29,902 bases of DNA from a virus (IMGVR_UViG_3300050033_000510:1-29902); one strand, 5' to 3'. Shown: positions 16,362 through 26,373, counted from the first letter of the stretch. Program-made: numbers and translations. The notes: generated by a model not told the origin, from the sequence alone.

Positions 16362-17078
16362 TTACCTCGCTGCTACTCTTCCGTATCTTCGATCTTTAGA
16401 TGCTAAATCATTAAGCTGATTCTGCAAACCCTTGAATAGTGGTCCATATTTACTATCAATGGTATCCTTCAATTCAATATAGTCTTCTGCATCATTTGGA
16501 TTCTTTTCGATTTGCTCTTCAACAATAGAAACTAATGCAAATGCAATCTCAATGAATATCTGAGCTTCTTTAGAATACTCGCCTCTAGCAGCCTTCAATA
16601 GATTGTTATACTGCTGTTCTAGTGTTGCTCTAATTGCAGAATGAGGTGAAGATGTAATCATATCTTCAACACTCTCCATTAATGCATATTCATCAATATC
16701 AATTAGATCGTTTGCAACTCTCATCCACTGGCTAGCTTCTTCATAAGTCTTATTCATTGAAGATTCTAATTTACCTAAAGTCCAATCATATAGCAATTCT
16801 AGTGCGGTATATAGATCTGCAGGTTGTGGATTCTGATGGAAAATAGCTAAGAAAATTTCTCTAAACTTCTCAATATAAGGAGCCATCTTTTCACGACGAC
16901 CTCTCAATTTATCATTAGCTGCGATGTTTTCTTGCTTTTCTTTTTCGAATTGAATATCTTTAACCGACCCCTTAGGGAGCTGCTGACCATTCTTATCCAT
17001 AATAGGCTTACCGAAATCGTCGTACTCGGCACTGAACTCGTCTTCGTCTTCACCTGGGTCAAAAATATCTAAATCCAT
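16362..17078 (-). CDS. Late hypothetical helical acidic protein
   Basis: ORF with its own late promoter. Confidence 0.7.
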   Translation of the reverse strand: MDLDIFDPGEDEDEFSAEYDDFGKPIMDKNGQQLPKGSVKDIQFEKEKQENIAANDKLRGRREKMAPYIEKFREIFLAIFHQNPQPADLYTALELLYDWTLGKLESSMNKTYEEASQWMRVANDLIDIDEYALMESVEDMITSSPHSAIRATLEQQYNNLLKAARGEYSKEAQIFIEIAFALVSIVEEQIEKNPNDAEDYIELKDTIDSKYGPLFKGLQNQLNDLASKDRRYGRVAAR

Positions 17079-17084
17079 ACGACT

Positions 17085-17110
17085 TATTTAGAACGGCATC
17101 CAACTAAATA
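17085..17110. promoter_or_regulatory. Back-to-back late promoters CTAAATA (17085-17091 minus, 17104-17110 plus)
   Basis: Each is 6 nt from its ATG. Confidence 0.8.
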
Positions 17111-17116
17111 TCTAAT

Positions 17117-18076
17117 ATGAAAATTCTAATAGGGGACTATATCTACGAGAGTCAGGGGATTCCGTTTACGAATGAAGATGTTATCGAATTACTAGAATCA
17201 CATAATGTCAATTCATTAGATAAGTTGAATTCCCTATTGGAAGCAATTCAGAATAAAAATGAATTAGAAGATAATACTGAAGAAGAGGATATTACTCCTG
17301 ATTTGGAAGCTACTCCTGAGGAAGAGGAAGTAGAAAACAAAATGGCTGCAGATCAGCAAGGGAAATCGAAACCTGAAGCTACTCCAGAAACTGCACCATC
17401 TGAAACCCCTCTAGAGGAGCCTACTGAAGAGCCTATTGAACCTGCGAAGGAAGAACCTACTCCTGAAGCTAAACCTAGCCAGAAGACCGCTAAGGAGCCT
17501 ACCAAACCATTAACTCCACCTAAGGATCCACCTGCTATTGAGCCGAAGGAATCTTTACCACCTAGCGTTGAAAAGAACCCAATCGATTGGTTACCTAGTA
17601 AGAAACTAAGTACACTATATAACAATTTCATAGATTTCTTCGACGGTGAGAAGTCTTTAAGGTCGGCGGGAACTGTTATTGGACTTGAAGCTCCAGGTCT
17701 TAAACAAGATTCGAAGTATCTCCAGTGTGATATTACAGCATTCGTCCAGGGTACTGAATCAGATCCGTATTCTACCTGGATTAAGTTGAGAAGACAAAGA
17801 AATACTCAGAACTGGTCATTCAATAATCCTTGTGAAGTTAGATGTAATTGCAAAAGTTTCATTTACTATGTCAGTAATGCGAATGTCCGCAACAAAAGTT
17901 TAGCAGGGACTCCAATAACCGGAAAAAAATATATAGACGATAAAGGAATTACTCGCACTATTAATTTTATGTTACCTGCGCCAAAAAATAATCCAGCTGC
18001 AATACCAGCATTATGTAAGCACTTAGCATTGGTATCTAAAAAATTATTAGATGAAGGTATGATAACCGAAGACTAG
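17117..18076 (+). CDS. Tagged protein with Glu/Pro linker and C-terminal SWIM Zn finger
   Basis: MKILIGDYIYES; VRCNCKSF...LCKHL (CxC..CxH). Confidence 0.75.
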   Translation: MKILIGDYIYESQGIPFTNEDVIELLESHNVNSLDKLNSLLEAIQNKNELEDNTEEEDITPDLEATPEEEEVENKMAADQQGKSKPEATPETAPSETPLEEPTEEPIEPAKEEPTPEAKPSQKTAKEPTKPLTPPKDPPAIEPKESLPPSVEKNPIDWLPSKKLSTLYNNFIDFFDGEKSLRSAGTVIGLEAPGLKQDSKYLQCDITAFVQGTESDPYSTWIKLRRQRNTQNWSFNNPCEVRCNCKSFIYYVSNANVRNKSLAGTPITGKKYIDDKGITRTINFMLPAPKNNPAAIPALCKHLALVSKKLLDEGMITED

Positions 18077-19014
18077 TTATTACATGAGATATAATTATCT
18101 AAAATTTCATCAATTTTAGATAATTCATTATATTTTATTGTTAGCATTGGTATATTATTGTTAAAGCAATATTCTTTTTTGATTCTATCATTCTCATTAT
18201 ATCTTTTTAATCTAGACAACCCTCCAAAATATTTAACTTCTTTATAGTGTTGAATTCCATTAAATTCGACAATTAAAATTTTATTTTCTATTATTATTGC
18301 GAAGTCAAAATATAATCTACCATAATTTCTACATTCCTGTTTCGAGTATTGTGGGATGAATTTAATATTATTATTTGTTAAATAATTACGAATAGCAACT
18401 TCGCCTTTAGATTCTTTACACCGGGGGCATCCGACTCCTCGAATGTGATGACTTGGTAACTGATAGAAAAAATCATTATGTTTTTTACATAAAATTTTAA
18501 CTCTTACGTGACAGCCAATATATTCAACTTCAGAATAATCATACTTACCCCCATGTACCAACTCTGATTTACTTACAAAATCAATTAACGACATTCTATA
18601 CTTAATTGAATGCTCTTCTTTTACACACGAGGGGCATTTAGTTTTTAAAATACTTTGAGGTAGAATAGTGAAGTCTCCATGCTTATTACATGTTATTGTT
18701 ATTAGCTCTCTACATCCAATATAATTTACCTTACTGTATTCATATGCGTCTCCGTGTTTAGTTTTTAATAGCTCTACAAATTCTTCGTTATTGTATTTTT
18801 TGCTTTCTGATGTTTTTATTATTCCGCATTTTTTACATCCTTTACCATTCAAATGATCATATGGAGCCATTTGAAAAATATTATTATGGGTCAAGCATTT
18901 AATTTTCACTTTTTCTGTTGCTTTTATGTAACTAGTTTCTGTATAATCATACAGCTCGCCGTGTATATTCTTAGCTTTTTTTATGAACTCTTCTGTTGTT
19001 TTTCTCTTACTCAT
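18073..19014 (-). mobile_element. Free-standing homing endonuclease (DUF723-like Zn repeats + Vsr/PD-(D/E)XK-like nuclease)
   Basis: Three HG.xYDYS...I.C..H..F....H..G.GC..C repeats; FDFAI..VEFNGIQHY..NDRIK. Very AT-rich; ATAAATA 5 nt before ATG. Confidence 0.85.
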
Positions 19015-19043
19015 GTGTTTATTTATGCTCTTTGATAACTACA

Positions 19044-19097
19044 CTGCAAATGTTTTTCAGATGGATGATCGATAATGGAATGATCACTGAAGATTAA
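19044..19097 (+). pseudogene. Displaced alternative 3' end of the SWIM gene
   Basis: Encodes LQMFFRWMIDNGMITED*, versus the current end LALVSKKLLDEGMITED* (18023-18076). Confidence 0.75.
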
Positions 19098-19106
19098 GTT
19101 TTCATA

Positions 19107-19135
19107 TTGAAACACAATATTGTTGTTTCTATATT
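19107..19135 (+). promoter_or_regulatory. Sigma70 promoter TTGAAA-N17-TATATT
   Basis: Upstream of the small heat shock gene; SD AAGGAG follows. Confidence 0.6.
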
Positions 19136-19192
19136 CCATATTAATTGGCACGATGTTTGTTAAAATAACATTATCGAAAGGAGACATTAACC

Positions 19193-19534
19193 ATGTCTAG
19201 ACTATTAAAGGCAAGTGCAACGGAAACTAAAGAAGGGACTATTCTCGAAGTAGAAATCCCTGGATACTCTAAAGAAGATGTTAGTGTTGAAGTTCAACCA
19301 TATAAGTATTCTATTTTAGATCTATATGGTTTTGCTGGGATCGGTGATATTATAAAGAAGAGATTATCTATTGTTGCTAAGAATGATAGTCGTGGTGTTA
19401 GTTCATTAAATCTAGATCTCGTTGAAGATTTTATTGATTTGGATGAAATTGAGGCTTCTGTTTCAAATGGAATTTTAACGGTTATCATTCCATTTAAGAA
19501 GAAACATAAGGCTAGAATTATTCCAGTCAGCTAA
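19193..19534 (+). CDS. Small heat shock protein (Hsp20/alpha-crystallin)
   Basis: LEVEIPGYSKEDVSVEV...IEASVSNGILTVIIP...IIPV. Confidence 0.88.
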   Translation: MSRLLKASATETKEGTILEVEIPGYSKEDVSVEVQPYKYSILDLYGFAGIGDIIKKRLSIVAKNDSRGVSSLNLDLVEDFIDLDEIEASVSNGILTVIIPFKKKHKARIIPVS

Positions 19535-20393
19535 CATTTGTGACGTAGTGTGGTTCGAATGCTGCGTAGTATTCGTATGGGAAATTCTTCGCAGCGCTCC
19601 TACCATATAATTCCATTCTAGCTCGATCATATGATTTAGCTGCTATCAACGGGTCGGAGAATCTTCCGACCTTTTTGCATCTACCATTTACATATACATT
19701 TGCGACATACTTCTTATTCCCTATTTCATTTGGTAGATATAGAACGCCGTAATATCCAGTTGACGGCTTTTTTCTATTTCTAGTCTGCGAAACTTTGGTG
19801 AAGAATATATTACTCCTCATGTAATTATATGGGTTTCCGTCTCTGAAGTTCATAAATCCGAATTTCTTTTTATCAAATAATAATTCGACTAATGTAGTAT
19901 GGTTAACTGCATTGTTCCTGTAATAAACTAATGGCAATGCACCTCTATGTATTTTGATTCTATAACAATCATATTTATTTTTTAATAACTCGAATACTTT
20001 ATCTTTATTATCTTTATCTATAATACAAACCCGAGCTTGATTCTTTTTATACCTAACAAGGAAACAAACCTTTGAATCTGTTTCAGATATTATTCTAGTT
20101 TCGAATCTTGTCTTTCTTTTAATTCTGCCAATCTTTGCATCATTTACATGATCTCTAGCTCTGTCTCTGAATTCGTCGTTTTCAAAAATATCTTCCATAT
20201 ATCCAGGAAAACCCTTAGCTCCATGTAATAGATTCAACCTCGGGAAATACTTAATATTCTTTTCACAGTATTTTTGGGCTGAATCCAGCTCAGTATCTTC
20301 AAATACTAATAAATCCTCTTCAGTTCTAGGCAATAATGCGAACACTCTATACTTCACTCTGATATTTATTTTTGAATAGTCATAAATATCCAC
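19527..20393 (-). CDS. Degenerate HNH + AP2 DNA-binding protein
   Basis: STGYYGV..YVANVYVNG..VGRF..AAKSYDRA...KNFP (AP2). HNH region reads MNFRDGNPYNYMRSNI. GTG start uncertain. Confidence 0.75.
   Translation of the reverse strand: MDIYDYSKINIRVKYRVFALLPRTEEDLLVFEDTELDSAQKYCEKNIKYFPRLNLLHGAKGFPGYMEDIFENDEFRDRARDHVNDAKIGRIKRKTRFETRIISETDSKVCFLVRYKKNQARVCIIDKDNKDKVFELLKNKYDCYRIKIHRGALPLVYYRNNAVNHTTLVELLFDKKKFGFMNFRDGNPYNYMRSNIFFTKVSQTRNRKKPSTGYYGVLYLPNEIGNKKYVANVYVNGRCKKVGRFSDPLIAAKSYDRARMELYGRSAAKNFPYEYYAAFEPHYVTNVS
20382..20388 (+). promoter_or_regulatory. Late promoter ATAAATA
   Basis: TAAATATCCAC-ATG, the third copy of this 14-mer. Confidence 0.75.
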
Positions 20394-21554
20394 ATGCTAC
20401 CTAAGAGAATATTACTAGAAGGCAAAAGTTATTTGATGCTTGAGGAGAATTTGGGTCGTCTCAATTACAACCCTTTCCAGCAGGGATCGATCAATTCCAA
20501 GCACTATTCCGATCACGAACCAATCGTCGCTGTGGGTATCGCTCCCGTTGATACCGTTACTAGAAAGACTATTGATAAGAAGAAGGTTGAAGTCCAAGAC
20601 TTGAAGTTTGCTATTAAGTTCAAGTGGGATGTCGATGTTCTAGCTTCTAATCCTGATCTATTTCTTAGGTATTACAATTACTTTGAAGCCGCTCCTCAGA
20701 CTAAGGACGGGAAAAAGGCTGGAGTTGCAAGTTCAACAGTAACAGATTTCATGCCTTTCTTGAATGACCCTGTTTATTCTAAGACCTTCAATCAGATTCT
20801 AGCTGGAGGCGGCGACGAGGATCTTGATGCTGATGAAGGTGGTTTCTTAGCTGAAGCAACTGGTAAGGTCAATCCAAATGAAAAACAGGATCTAGAAAAT
20901 AATCTCAATTCCTTTGAAGATGGTTTTTCTGACCCTGAAGCCACTGATGAGTTCGGTGGAGATGAAGCCACTGCAGACGAATCTAATATTCTTGCAGGTG
21001 GAAAGAACGACATCACTAGGAAGAAGGGTCCTGAATTCTTCTTCTACTTGGTTTTCAAGTATGACGAACTATATGATAATGTAGCTAAGTTGCAGAGTGG
21101 ATCATTTGGCGACGGATCTAACATTGAAATAATCAAATTGGTATCTGAAGGCCACACTGATGACGCTAACGTAGCGATCACTGGAAGAGTTCTAGAAAAG
21201 AAGGCTCTTGGATTCTATAGAGAACTACTCGGTATTCTAAATGCTAACCATAAGACAATAGTTCAGGTTGTGAATACAGAAGCAGAGGAACTTGGATTGG
21301 ATCTTACTGAGATCCCAGCTCAAGATGCAGAATTAGATTTCGATCCAACTTCAGCTAATCCAGTAGAAGAGCCACTAGCTAATGGCGAATTGGACGATAA
21401 TGCTCCTACCGAGACATTAGAACCAAGCTATCAGACTGTAGAAGATGCTAATGCTAATCTCAGAAGAGATCAAATAGCTACAGCGCCTTCATCCGATCCT
21501 GAATTCGAAAGCGATAAGGCTCTTAATAGATTCAAAATGTCTAGCGGAGGTTAA
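20394..21554 (+). CDS. Late acidic hypothetical (probable virion) protein
   Basis: Late promoter; tag-like KRILLEGKSYLMLEE; upstream of gp15. Confidence 0.7.
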   Translation: MLPKRILLEGKSYLMLEENLGRLNYNPFQQGSINSKHYSDHEPIVAVGIAPVDTVTRKTIDKKKVEVQDLKFAIKFKWDVDVLASNPDLFLRYYNYFEAAPQTKDGKKAGVASSTVTDFMPFLNDPVYSKTFNQILAGGGDEDLDADEGGFLAEATGKVNPNEKQDLENNLNSFEDGFSDPEATDEFGGDEATADESNILAGGKNDITRKKGPEFFFYLVFKYDELYDNVAKLQSGSFGDGSNIEIIKLVSEGHTDDANVAITGRVLEKKALGFYRELLGILNANHKTIVQVVNTEAEELGLDLTEIPAQDAELDFDPTSANPVEEPLANGELDDNAPTETLEPSYQTVEDANANLRRDQIATAPSSDPEFESDKALNRFKMSSGG

Positions 21555-21562
21555 TAAACCTC

Positions 21563-22660
21563 ATGGTACCTTATTACCACCCTAGAGTATTTGAACGAGT
21601 AAACATTGCTTTACTAGATCTATTTGATCGAGTTGAGATCAATAGGTATAATGCAGATGGAACTATTAGAAAGAAGATTAGAGTTCCTTTAACAATACAC
21701 TACTCAAAGAACTTTGCTGATTTTATATTGAGTACGCAAGATCATCCAGAATCTAAACATACTACTCCAATTCTAGGACTTAGAATGGGTGGACTTGAAC
21801 GCAATGCTTCAGGTACAACTTCAAGAGTTTTCACTCGTGAAATATATGACGTTGAAACAAAGCAAATTATACAAGATATGCGTCCATGTCCATGGATTCA
21901 AACATATACGTTAACATCATACACCGAATTAATACAAGATCACTTCCAGATAATGGAACAGATTATACCTTATTTCAATCCAACCTTCAATACCGCAATA
22001 AAGGAATTTGAATTTTCTAATTTAAAGCGAGATGTTATTGTTGAATTGGTTTCTGTTAGCCCTCAATATAATGATGAAGTAGACAGGTCAAAGGCTAGAT
22101 CTTATCTTTGTGATTATACGTTCAGGGTTAAATTTGATATGTATGCCCCTTTCTATTTGGGTACTTTGATCCAGCAGATCAATAATAGAATAAGTGTCAG
22201 CGGTCAACCTATTGAAATTATTGAGAGTGTTGGTATCGATAATATGACCGTTGAGGAGTATGATAGAAAGGTTAATGAAGTTGTAAGTGCAGGTAAGCAA
22301 TTAGATTCAATTGTAGTTTCTAGTATAAAACAATCAACTTCTAACGATTTCATTAAATTTGTTGACATTGGAGCAGATGCTCAGATTCCTTTTGTAGTGA
22401 TACCTGCAGGTAAATCAGTGTCTTATGGGTCTATTGCCGTTACAACGGCATATAACAACAATGGAGCTAATGTTTCCATAGGAACGATAGCTAATCCAAA
22501 TCTGATAATGGCTCCATCAGATTCTAATCTATCATTAGCTAGTAAGTTTTCTGTTGAATTGACTACCCCTAAGTTTGCAGTAGACACTCAATTGTATATC
22601 TTCTACAATAGAAGCTCAGCTACTGAAGGTAATTTTGAAGCCGAGGTTCGCTGGGTTTAA
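21563..22660 (+). CDS. gp15: Tail sheath stabilizer/terminator (T4 gp15-like) with C-terminal extension
   Basis: LFDRVEINR..IRVPL, PCPW, FQIMEQIIPYFNP, RDVIVEL. Confidence 0.88.
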   Translation: MVPYYHPRVFERVNIALLDLFDRVEINRYNADGTIRKKIRVPLTIHYSKNFADFILSTQDHPESKHTTPILGLRMGGLERNASGTTSRVFTREIYDVETKQIIQDMRPCPWIQTYTLTSYTELIQDHFQIMEQIIPYFNPTFNTAIKEFEFSNLKRDVIVELVSVSPQYNDEVDRSKARSYLCDYTFRVKFDMYAPFYLGTLIQQINNRISVSGQPIEIIESVGIDNMTVEEYDRKVNEVVSAGKQLDSIVVSSIKQSTSNDFIKFVDIGADAQIPFVVIPAGKSVSYGSIAVTTAYNNNGANVSIGTIANPNLIMAPSDSNLSLASKFSVELTTPKFAVDTQLYIFYNRSSATEGNFEAEVRWV

Positions 22661-24414
22661 TAGCCGTCTCGGTTGTACCAGAAGCTATTACCATTGGCGT
22701 TAGGATTGAACATCGGGTTATTAGCCCGATTAGGAACATTATCCTCTTTCCACTTACTAGCGTCATCGAATACTACCTTAGAACTACTCTGCAATATAAT
22801 CGCAGTGTTAGCGTATCCACTACCACCCTTAGCTTCATCGTCAGCTCTCATTCGAGCCAATGCCTCTTGTATTAATGGATCTTCTGAATCATCTAGTTCA
22901 TCAGCCTTAACTGTACTAGGCTTTCTATGTATTGAAACCTCATCCATATTACCGTAGAAGTAGTTACTATTCACATAATTAAGCATTGCAAGTGTAGACA
23001 TGACGCAGTCGTCATGATTATCTCCAATTGCTTTATATGTGTTATTCTTCTTACCGAACATTTCAATTTCACCATATGTTATTTCGTCTCTTAATTTAAG
23101 AACCTGCTTTTCACAATAGACCTGTAATAGCGTACATGCTTTAATCTTGACAATATGATCCATTCTGAATCCAATGCCTTCTTTCTGCATGTTAATTACA
23201 TTGTAGTAGTCATTGTCGTGTACCAATCTACTTATTATTATTCCACCTGCAGGTTCCATTGTCTCAATTATGACATATGGATTATGATACATCTTACATA
23301 GTGCAAGTATCTTCGAAACAAATTTATCTGGAGGTACATCGTTAGATTGATAAATTGCAACCTGTTCAATGTCAGTATTAGATTTTATCAACCAAACATT
23401 AGCGACGGTAAAGTCTTGACCTGTTCCCATTGCAGGGTCTACTGTTATTAGGTATTCGTAGTTATTTGCTTCAATCTCTTTTTTATGTATAGGCCATGAG
23501 TAGATTCTTAACTTCTTTTCGTCAAGTATATTAGTTGGATCTCTCATGAAGAGTTCTTTCATGGCTTTGATATAGTCAGCGTGTACCAATGTAGCCAAAG
23601 AGCCTTCGAATTCACAGTCGTATTCTTGCTTAAAAGCGACTTCGCCGAGCTTTTCTATTTCACCCTTACGCCAATCGTCATCTCTACCAGGAACGTCATT
23701 CCATCTAATTCTAAATGTAATGAAGTCATCTGGACCTGAAAGTCCCTGCTTAGCCTTCCTAGTATTCTTCTCCCACATCCGATAGAAATTGTTCTTACCT
23801 CTAGGAGTACTAGTGATTGCAATTTTAGCGTTAGGGTCTGAAGATACTGTAGGGAACACAGAATTCATGAAATCCTGTGCGATGTTATCATCTACAAGTG
23901 CAAATTCGTCAAGGTATAGGAAATTAACGGTATAACCGGAAGCGGCCTTTGCGTGTGTTGCAGCTGCTCTTACTTCTGAGTCGTTTGAGAATATGATTCT
24001 TTTTTCAGCCCATTTACGAACACCCATTTGCATCCATAATGGTATGTTCTGAATCATTTCCTTGATTCTCTTTAATTGTTCCAGCGCCTTGTCTTGCTGG
24101 TCCGCTAATAGAAGAACCTTAACATTAGGATTGAATATGATCTTCCAGGCGATATATGCAGCAGTAGATACTGATTTACCGCTCTGTCTACCCCACATAC
24201 ACATAACATTTGAATTATTGTGTATTAAATTCAAATACTCAATCTGATAAGGTCTTAAAGTGAACAACATTTTCTTTTGTTCACTTGTGATTTGAACGTA
24301 GTGCTCGATGAAATATATAGGATCTTTCATACACTTGACTAGCTCGCTAGCCATTTCTTCGGTATATTCGAATTCGTCGTAATCGCCTCTTAACAAGGCG
24401 TTGTTCATGTACAC
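22657..24414 (-). CDS. terL: Terminase large subunit (T4 gp17-like)
   Basis: LRPYQ, GRQSGKS, LYLDEFA, ITSTPRG, VDPAMGTGQD, HDDCVM. Confidence 0.97.
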   Translation of the reverse strand: MYMNNALLRGDYDEFEYTEEMASELVKCMKDPIYFIEHYVQITSEQKKMLFTLRPYQIEYLNLIHNNSNVMCMWGRQSGKSVSTAAYIAWKIIFNPNVKVLLLADQQDKALEQLKRIKEMIQNIPLWMQMGVRKWAEKRIIFSNDSEVRAAATHAKAASGYTVNFLYLDEFALVDDNIAQDFMNSVFPTVSSDPNAKIAITSTPRGKNNFYRMWEKNTRKAKQGLSGPDDFITFRIRWNDVPGRDDDWRKGEIEKLGEVAFKQEYDCEFEGSLATLVHADYIKAMKELFMRDPTNILDEKKLRIYSWPIHKKEIEANNYEYLITVDPAMGTGQDFTVANVWLIKSNTDIEQVAIYQSNDVPPDKFVSKILALCKMYHNPYVIIETMEPAGGIIISRLVHDNDYYNVINMQKEGIGFRMDHIVKIKACTLLQVYCEKQVLKLRDEITYGEIEMFGKKNNTYKAIGDNHDDCVMSTLAMLNYVNSNYFYGNMDEVSIHRKPSTVKADELDDSEDPLIQEALARMRADDEAKGGSGYANTAIILQSSSKVVFDDASKWKEDNVPNRANNPMFNPNANGNSFWYNRDGY

Positions 24415-24420
24415 GGTATA

Positions 24421-26373
24421 TTAGCCTTTATTGATGTTTTCTAGTAGGGCCTTTAGACTATAACTAGTCTTAGAAACTCTAACTTCCATTACAGGTGCAA
24501 GCCCTAGAGCCTTATCCAAATCAGCCCTTTTCATGCCTCTAGCTACTAAATTATCCAATTCTTCTGAGGTGAAATTATGACCTAATTCAGCTAGCTTCTT
24601 GATTCTAGGTAATGCTGAAGGGGCTAACTTAGTATTCTTTCCTTCAGGTCCGAATAGAAAGTTAAAGGCTTCACCCTTTTCTATTTCCTCAGGTGACTTT
24701 TCGACCTTAGCTCCATATTTCTTATCCAAGTTAGATGCGATGCTATCGGCGCTGATAGATCTACCTGTTTCTTTCTTAATAGCAGATCTGATCAAATTGA
24801 CAGCCTTCTGTCTAGTTAATGAACCATTTCCAAACTGCTCGCCGTATTCCTTGAATATCCTAGCTCCTGATTTAGCAGGAACCTCTTCTGTTGGCTTAGG
24901 TTCAGGTGCTTTTGCGGGTTCAGTCTTAGGTTCTGCTTTAGGTGCAACTACAGGCTTAGCCTTAGGTTGAGTTACAGGTTTAGGAGCCTTAGCAGTAGCT
25001 GCGTCAACCTTTGGGGTTTCTTGAGCAACTGCAGGTATTTCCTTTTGCTCCTTTAACAACACACCGTATATTTCATATGGGAGTTGGAAGATTAATTCAT
25101 TTCCGCCAGTTCTCTTGACGCTATTATCGGTGTTTACCTTCTTATATGGTACTGCAGCTTTACCGGATACATTTCCGATATGTTCTTTCTTACCTATTTT
25201 ACCCTTTAGCTTATTGATCTGATCTGGATTCTGATTCACGATATAGACAGGAATGACTTCGTCTCCAGCCTGTCCCTTATATCCAGTGACATATCCCACA
25301 AATATCTCTTCACCCTTGTTACCGAAAGTTTCAGTGTGGGTCTTATCGCCTTCTTGGCTATAACCTAACACTATATCATAATTACCTGCTGTTAGGGTAT
25401 TCTGAATCTGTGCGACCTTAGTGCTATTTTCTCCAAAATGAATACCGCTCTTTTCGAGAGCTGAAACTCCAGCTGCGATCTTGTCGAAGAACTTATCGTT
25501 GGTGTCTCTAAGATCTTTAGGCATCTTAAAGTATTGGAGTAGCGGTAAGAGTTCCTTTATTTCATCGGATGATAGGAATACATTACCGTCTTCTGGAATC
25601 TTACTCTTAAATGTTGTCAACAATCCGCGAACATCGCTCTTCATGGTGCCGTTATTAGCCTTAGGATCACTAACATCTGGGAAATCTTCAGGGTTAGCTG
25701 AATATATTTCCTTTAGTAATTCAAGCGCAGCCGGTCTTTGAGACTCTATTTCCTCATCGATATATTTCATGTCTGGGTCTAAATTCAAGAATCTAGGCTT
25801 GATGTCAAGTTGAACGGCATTTCCGTTGCTAACTACAGCCAGTGCATTTTCGTTATTGATGTATCCGTATAGTAGAGAAGCTCTATAGAACTTTGTATTG
25901 CTGTCTACTTTCCTCTTATCCACAAACAAGGGAGTCTGATTGATATTACCACTCAATCCAATTTCACCCTTCATGTTATTCATGATGGATGGACACTGTT
26001 CAATGAAATTCCATTCAGAATCGACATCTTCGTCGGTTCCTTCAAATTCTCTAGGTATTCTAGGTACTAGAATGTCTTCATATGTCACGTCAGAGAATGC
26101 TCTCATACCAGCTCTAGTTAATATGCTATTGACGCAGCTGTTACAAACGTCGATATGTGAGCTGAAATTGCCACGTCCATTATCTCTAGACTTAGCCTTT
26201 TCTCCTTTACCTGCATTATTTCCTTCATGTGTGAAGTCTTCATTAATACCAGTAGTTAGGTAATCAATGAATCTGATAACCTTTAGGTTTCCAGGTATGG
26301 TGACTGTATCCAAATCCAATGGTACGTTGGCAACTGCTTCTGTTATGAATGTTGAAAGATCAAAGAATCTCAT
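24421..26373 (-). CDS. Large late hypothetical protein, probable internal head protein
   Basis: N-terminal FITEA site; Pro/Ala/Lys linker; lies in the operon ahead of terL. Confidence 0.7.
   Translation of the reverse strand: MRFFDLSTFITEAVANVPLDLDTVTIPGNLKVIRFIDYLTTGINEDFTHEGNNAGKGEKAKSRDNGRGNFSSHIDVCNSCVNSILTRAGMRAFSDVTYEDILVPRIPREFEGTDEDVDSEWNFIEQCPSIMNNMKGEIGLSGNINQTPLFVDKRKVDSNTKFYRASLLYGYINNENALAVVSNGNAVQLDIKPRFLNLDPDMKYIDEEIESQRPAALELLKEIYSANPEDFPDVSDPKANNGTMKSDVRGLLTTFKSKIPEDGNVFLSSDEIKELLPLLQYFKMPKDLRDTNDKFFDKIAAGVSALEKSGIHFGENSTKVAQIQNTLTAGNYDIVLGYSQEGDKTHTETFGNKGEEIFVGYVTGYKGQAGDEVIPVYIVNQNPDQINKLKGKIGKKEHIGNVSGKAAVPYKKVNTDNSVKRTGGNELIFQLPYEIYGVLLKEQKEIPAVAQETPKVDAATAKAPKPVTQPKAKPVVAPKAEPKTEPAKAPEPKPTEEVPAKSGARIFKEYGEQFGNGSLTRQKAVNLIRSAIKKETGRSISADSIASNLDKKYGAKVEKSPEEIEKGEAFNFLFGPEGKNTKLAPSALPRIKKLAELGHNFTSEELDNLVARGMKRADLDKALGLAPVMEVRVSKTSYSLKALLENINKG

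Noticed and set aside
19145-19163. CIRCE operator upstream of Hsp20
   Set aside because: No TTAGCACTC-N9-GAGTGCTAA match; only a partial left arm.
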